IMG/VR virus record: IMGVR_UViG_3300009507_002826
Span: 1-25,354 of that record
Strand: one strand, 5' to 3'
DNA: 25,354 bases
Source of the DNA: a virus
Lineage: Duplodnaviria; Caudoviricetes
Both the position numbers and the translations under genes were made by a program. The notes beneath the pieces are model-generated. The model had not been told where the DNA came from. It worked only from the letters and a program-made list of their open reading frames with translations, and did not search any database. Of this stretch, positions 24,196 to 25,354 are shown piece by piece (position 1 is the stretch's first letter; the number at the start of each line of letters is the position of its first letter).

Positions 24196-25354
24196 TGACA
24201 AACAAATTTTTTGATCTATTACCTATACAGCATCAAACTAGTGTTAATAAAAATTTCTTTGAAAGCACAGTTGAGCAATTATTTTCAAAAGCAAATATAG
24301 AAAATATACAAGGCTTTATAGGGACACCAAGAGAAATAGGTAGTAGCAATACATCCTTTGTAGAGCAACCAGCACCTAATAGAGAATACTACAGTTTTGA
24401 TCCTGTAGTGACTACTATAAATCCAGATTCGGGTAAACCTGTAAATTATGTTTTCTATGAGGACTTTTTGTATGACATAAGAAGCAAAGGTGGCTTAATC
24501 GACAACCACGACAGATTATTTAAAACAAATCAATATGCATTTGCACCGCCTATAAACATAGACAAATTAATTAACTATCAAGATTACTATTGGTACCCAA
24601 CAGGTCCAGAGGTTACTGAAATTAATGGTAATGCAAACGTACAAATTAACATAGATAACATACAAGGTCTAAAGTCATATACATCGCCAGCAGGTCAAGA
24701 ACTTAGAAATGACATGGTAGTAAAATTCACAGGCGACCATATTTCAAATACCAGTGTGCTAACTAAAGATACTGCTTATATTGTTACAGGCGTAGGAAAA
24801 GGAATACAATTTATTTTGCCAGGCGATTCCACATCTGCTTATGCAGAATTTAGTGATTTTCCTTTAGAACAATCAATTTCAATAACATATACTCAGGCAA
24901 ATTCCAGTTCGTACTATAATTTAGAAACAACTTTACCAGAAGATTTTGTTGTTACACCAGGTGGTGATTTCAAAGAGTACTATAGAAACTTAGCAGATAG
25001 TGAGGCATCAGGAGCCGCAAATGCATCAGTGCATAATAATACTAGACTGTACATTGGTAATCTTGCACTCAAAGTAGGCGATGCAATAGCGGCCAATGTA
25101 TATTATTTAGGTAACAATGCCCAGAGAACAGGAAACGTTGTTTACTTAGATGTCGAATCATTAGGCAACTATTTATTGCCTGATAGTGTGCAAGGGACTA
25201 GAAATTTTGCATTAGACGATTATCATCAAACATATATACAACCGCAACTACAATGGAACATTGATACAGTTTACGGTTGGGGCTCAACACCATGGGGATC
25301 AGAATCAACACAAAATCAACCTGATTACATGGTTATGGAAAAAGGTGCTAAAAA
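24195..25354 (+). CDS. Large baseplate/virion structural protein (gp7-like position), truncated by the window end; not in the ORF track
   Basis: ATG overlaps the gp6 stop (TAATG). Frame reads MTNKFFDLLPIQHQTSVNKNFFESTVEQLF...PPINIDKLINYQDYYWYPTGP...QPDYMVMEKGAK to the end. Confidence 0.75.
   Translation, partial: MTNKFFDLLPIQHQTSVNKNFFESTVEQLFSKANIENIQGFIGTPREIGSSNTSFVEQPAPNREYYSFDPVVTTINPDSGKPVNYVFYEDFLYDIRSKGGLIDNHDRLFKTNQYAFAPPINIDKLINYQDYYWYPTGPEVTEINGNANVQINIDNIQGLKSYTSPAGQELRNDMVVKFTGDHISNTSVLTKDTAYIVTGVGKGIQFILPGDSTSAYAEFSDFPLEQSISITYTQANSSSYYNLETTLPEDFVVTPGGDFKEYYRNLADSEASGAANASVHNNTRLYIGNLALKVGDAIAANVYYLGNNAQRTGNVVYLDVESLGNYLLPDSVQGTRNFALDDYHQTYIQPQLQWNIDTVYGWGSTPWGSESTQNQPDYMVMEKGAK

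Noticed and set aside
1-25354. Alternative genetic code (TAG or TGA reassignment)
   Set aside because: Genes are full-length and tightly packed under the standard code, and TAG terminates several genes at sensible positions (2915, 5572, 15800, 19541).

Overview
This AT-rich window is a fragment of a large contractile-tailed (T4-superfamily-like, probably jumbo) phage genome infecting a Gram-negative host. It holds a tail/baseplate module: a partial tape-measure-like gene, a gp26-like chaperone, tube initiator, gp53, hub, gp5 spike, lysozyme-like protein, gp25, gp6 and a partial gp7-like gene. A minus-strand operon encodes a gp55-like late sigma factor, gp47, gp46 and a GIY-YIG nuclease under a consensus sigma70 promoter. 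Accessory genes include a degenerate HsaA-like flavin monooxygenase, a 2OG-Fe(II) oxygenase, an MTA/SAH nucleosidase and a TonB-dependent receptor. Three signals stand out that the ORF track does not explain. (1) A ~500-nt GC-enriched, multi-helix non-coding region (about 4090-4590, minus strand) has its own late-promoter-like motif and lies downstream of the stand-alone GIY-YIG nuclease; it is a candidate large phage ncRNA/RNP. (2) A textbook -1 ribosomal frameshift cassette (U UUU UUC, 5-nt spacer, long hairpin) would fuse the gp26-like gene to an uncalled 92-codon downstream frame. (3) A late promoter core TAAATA lies exactly 5 nt before the ATG of four genes, implying leaderless late mRNAs. 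All family assignments come from motif recognition by eye, not database searches.
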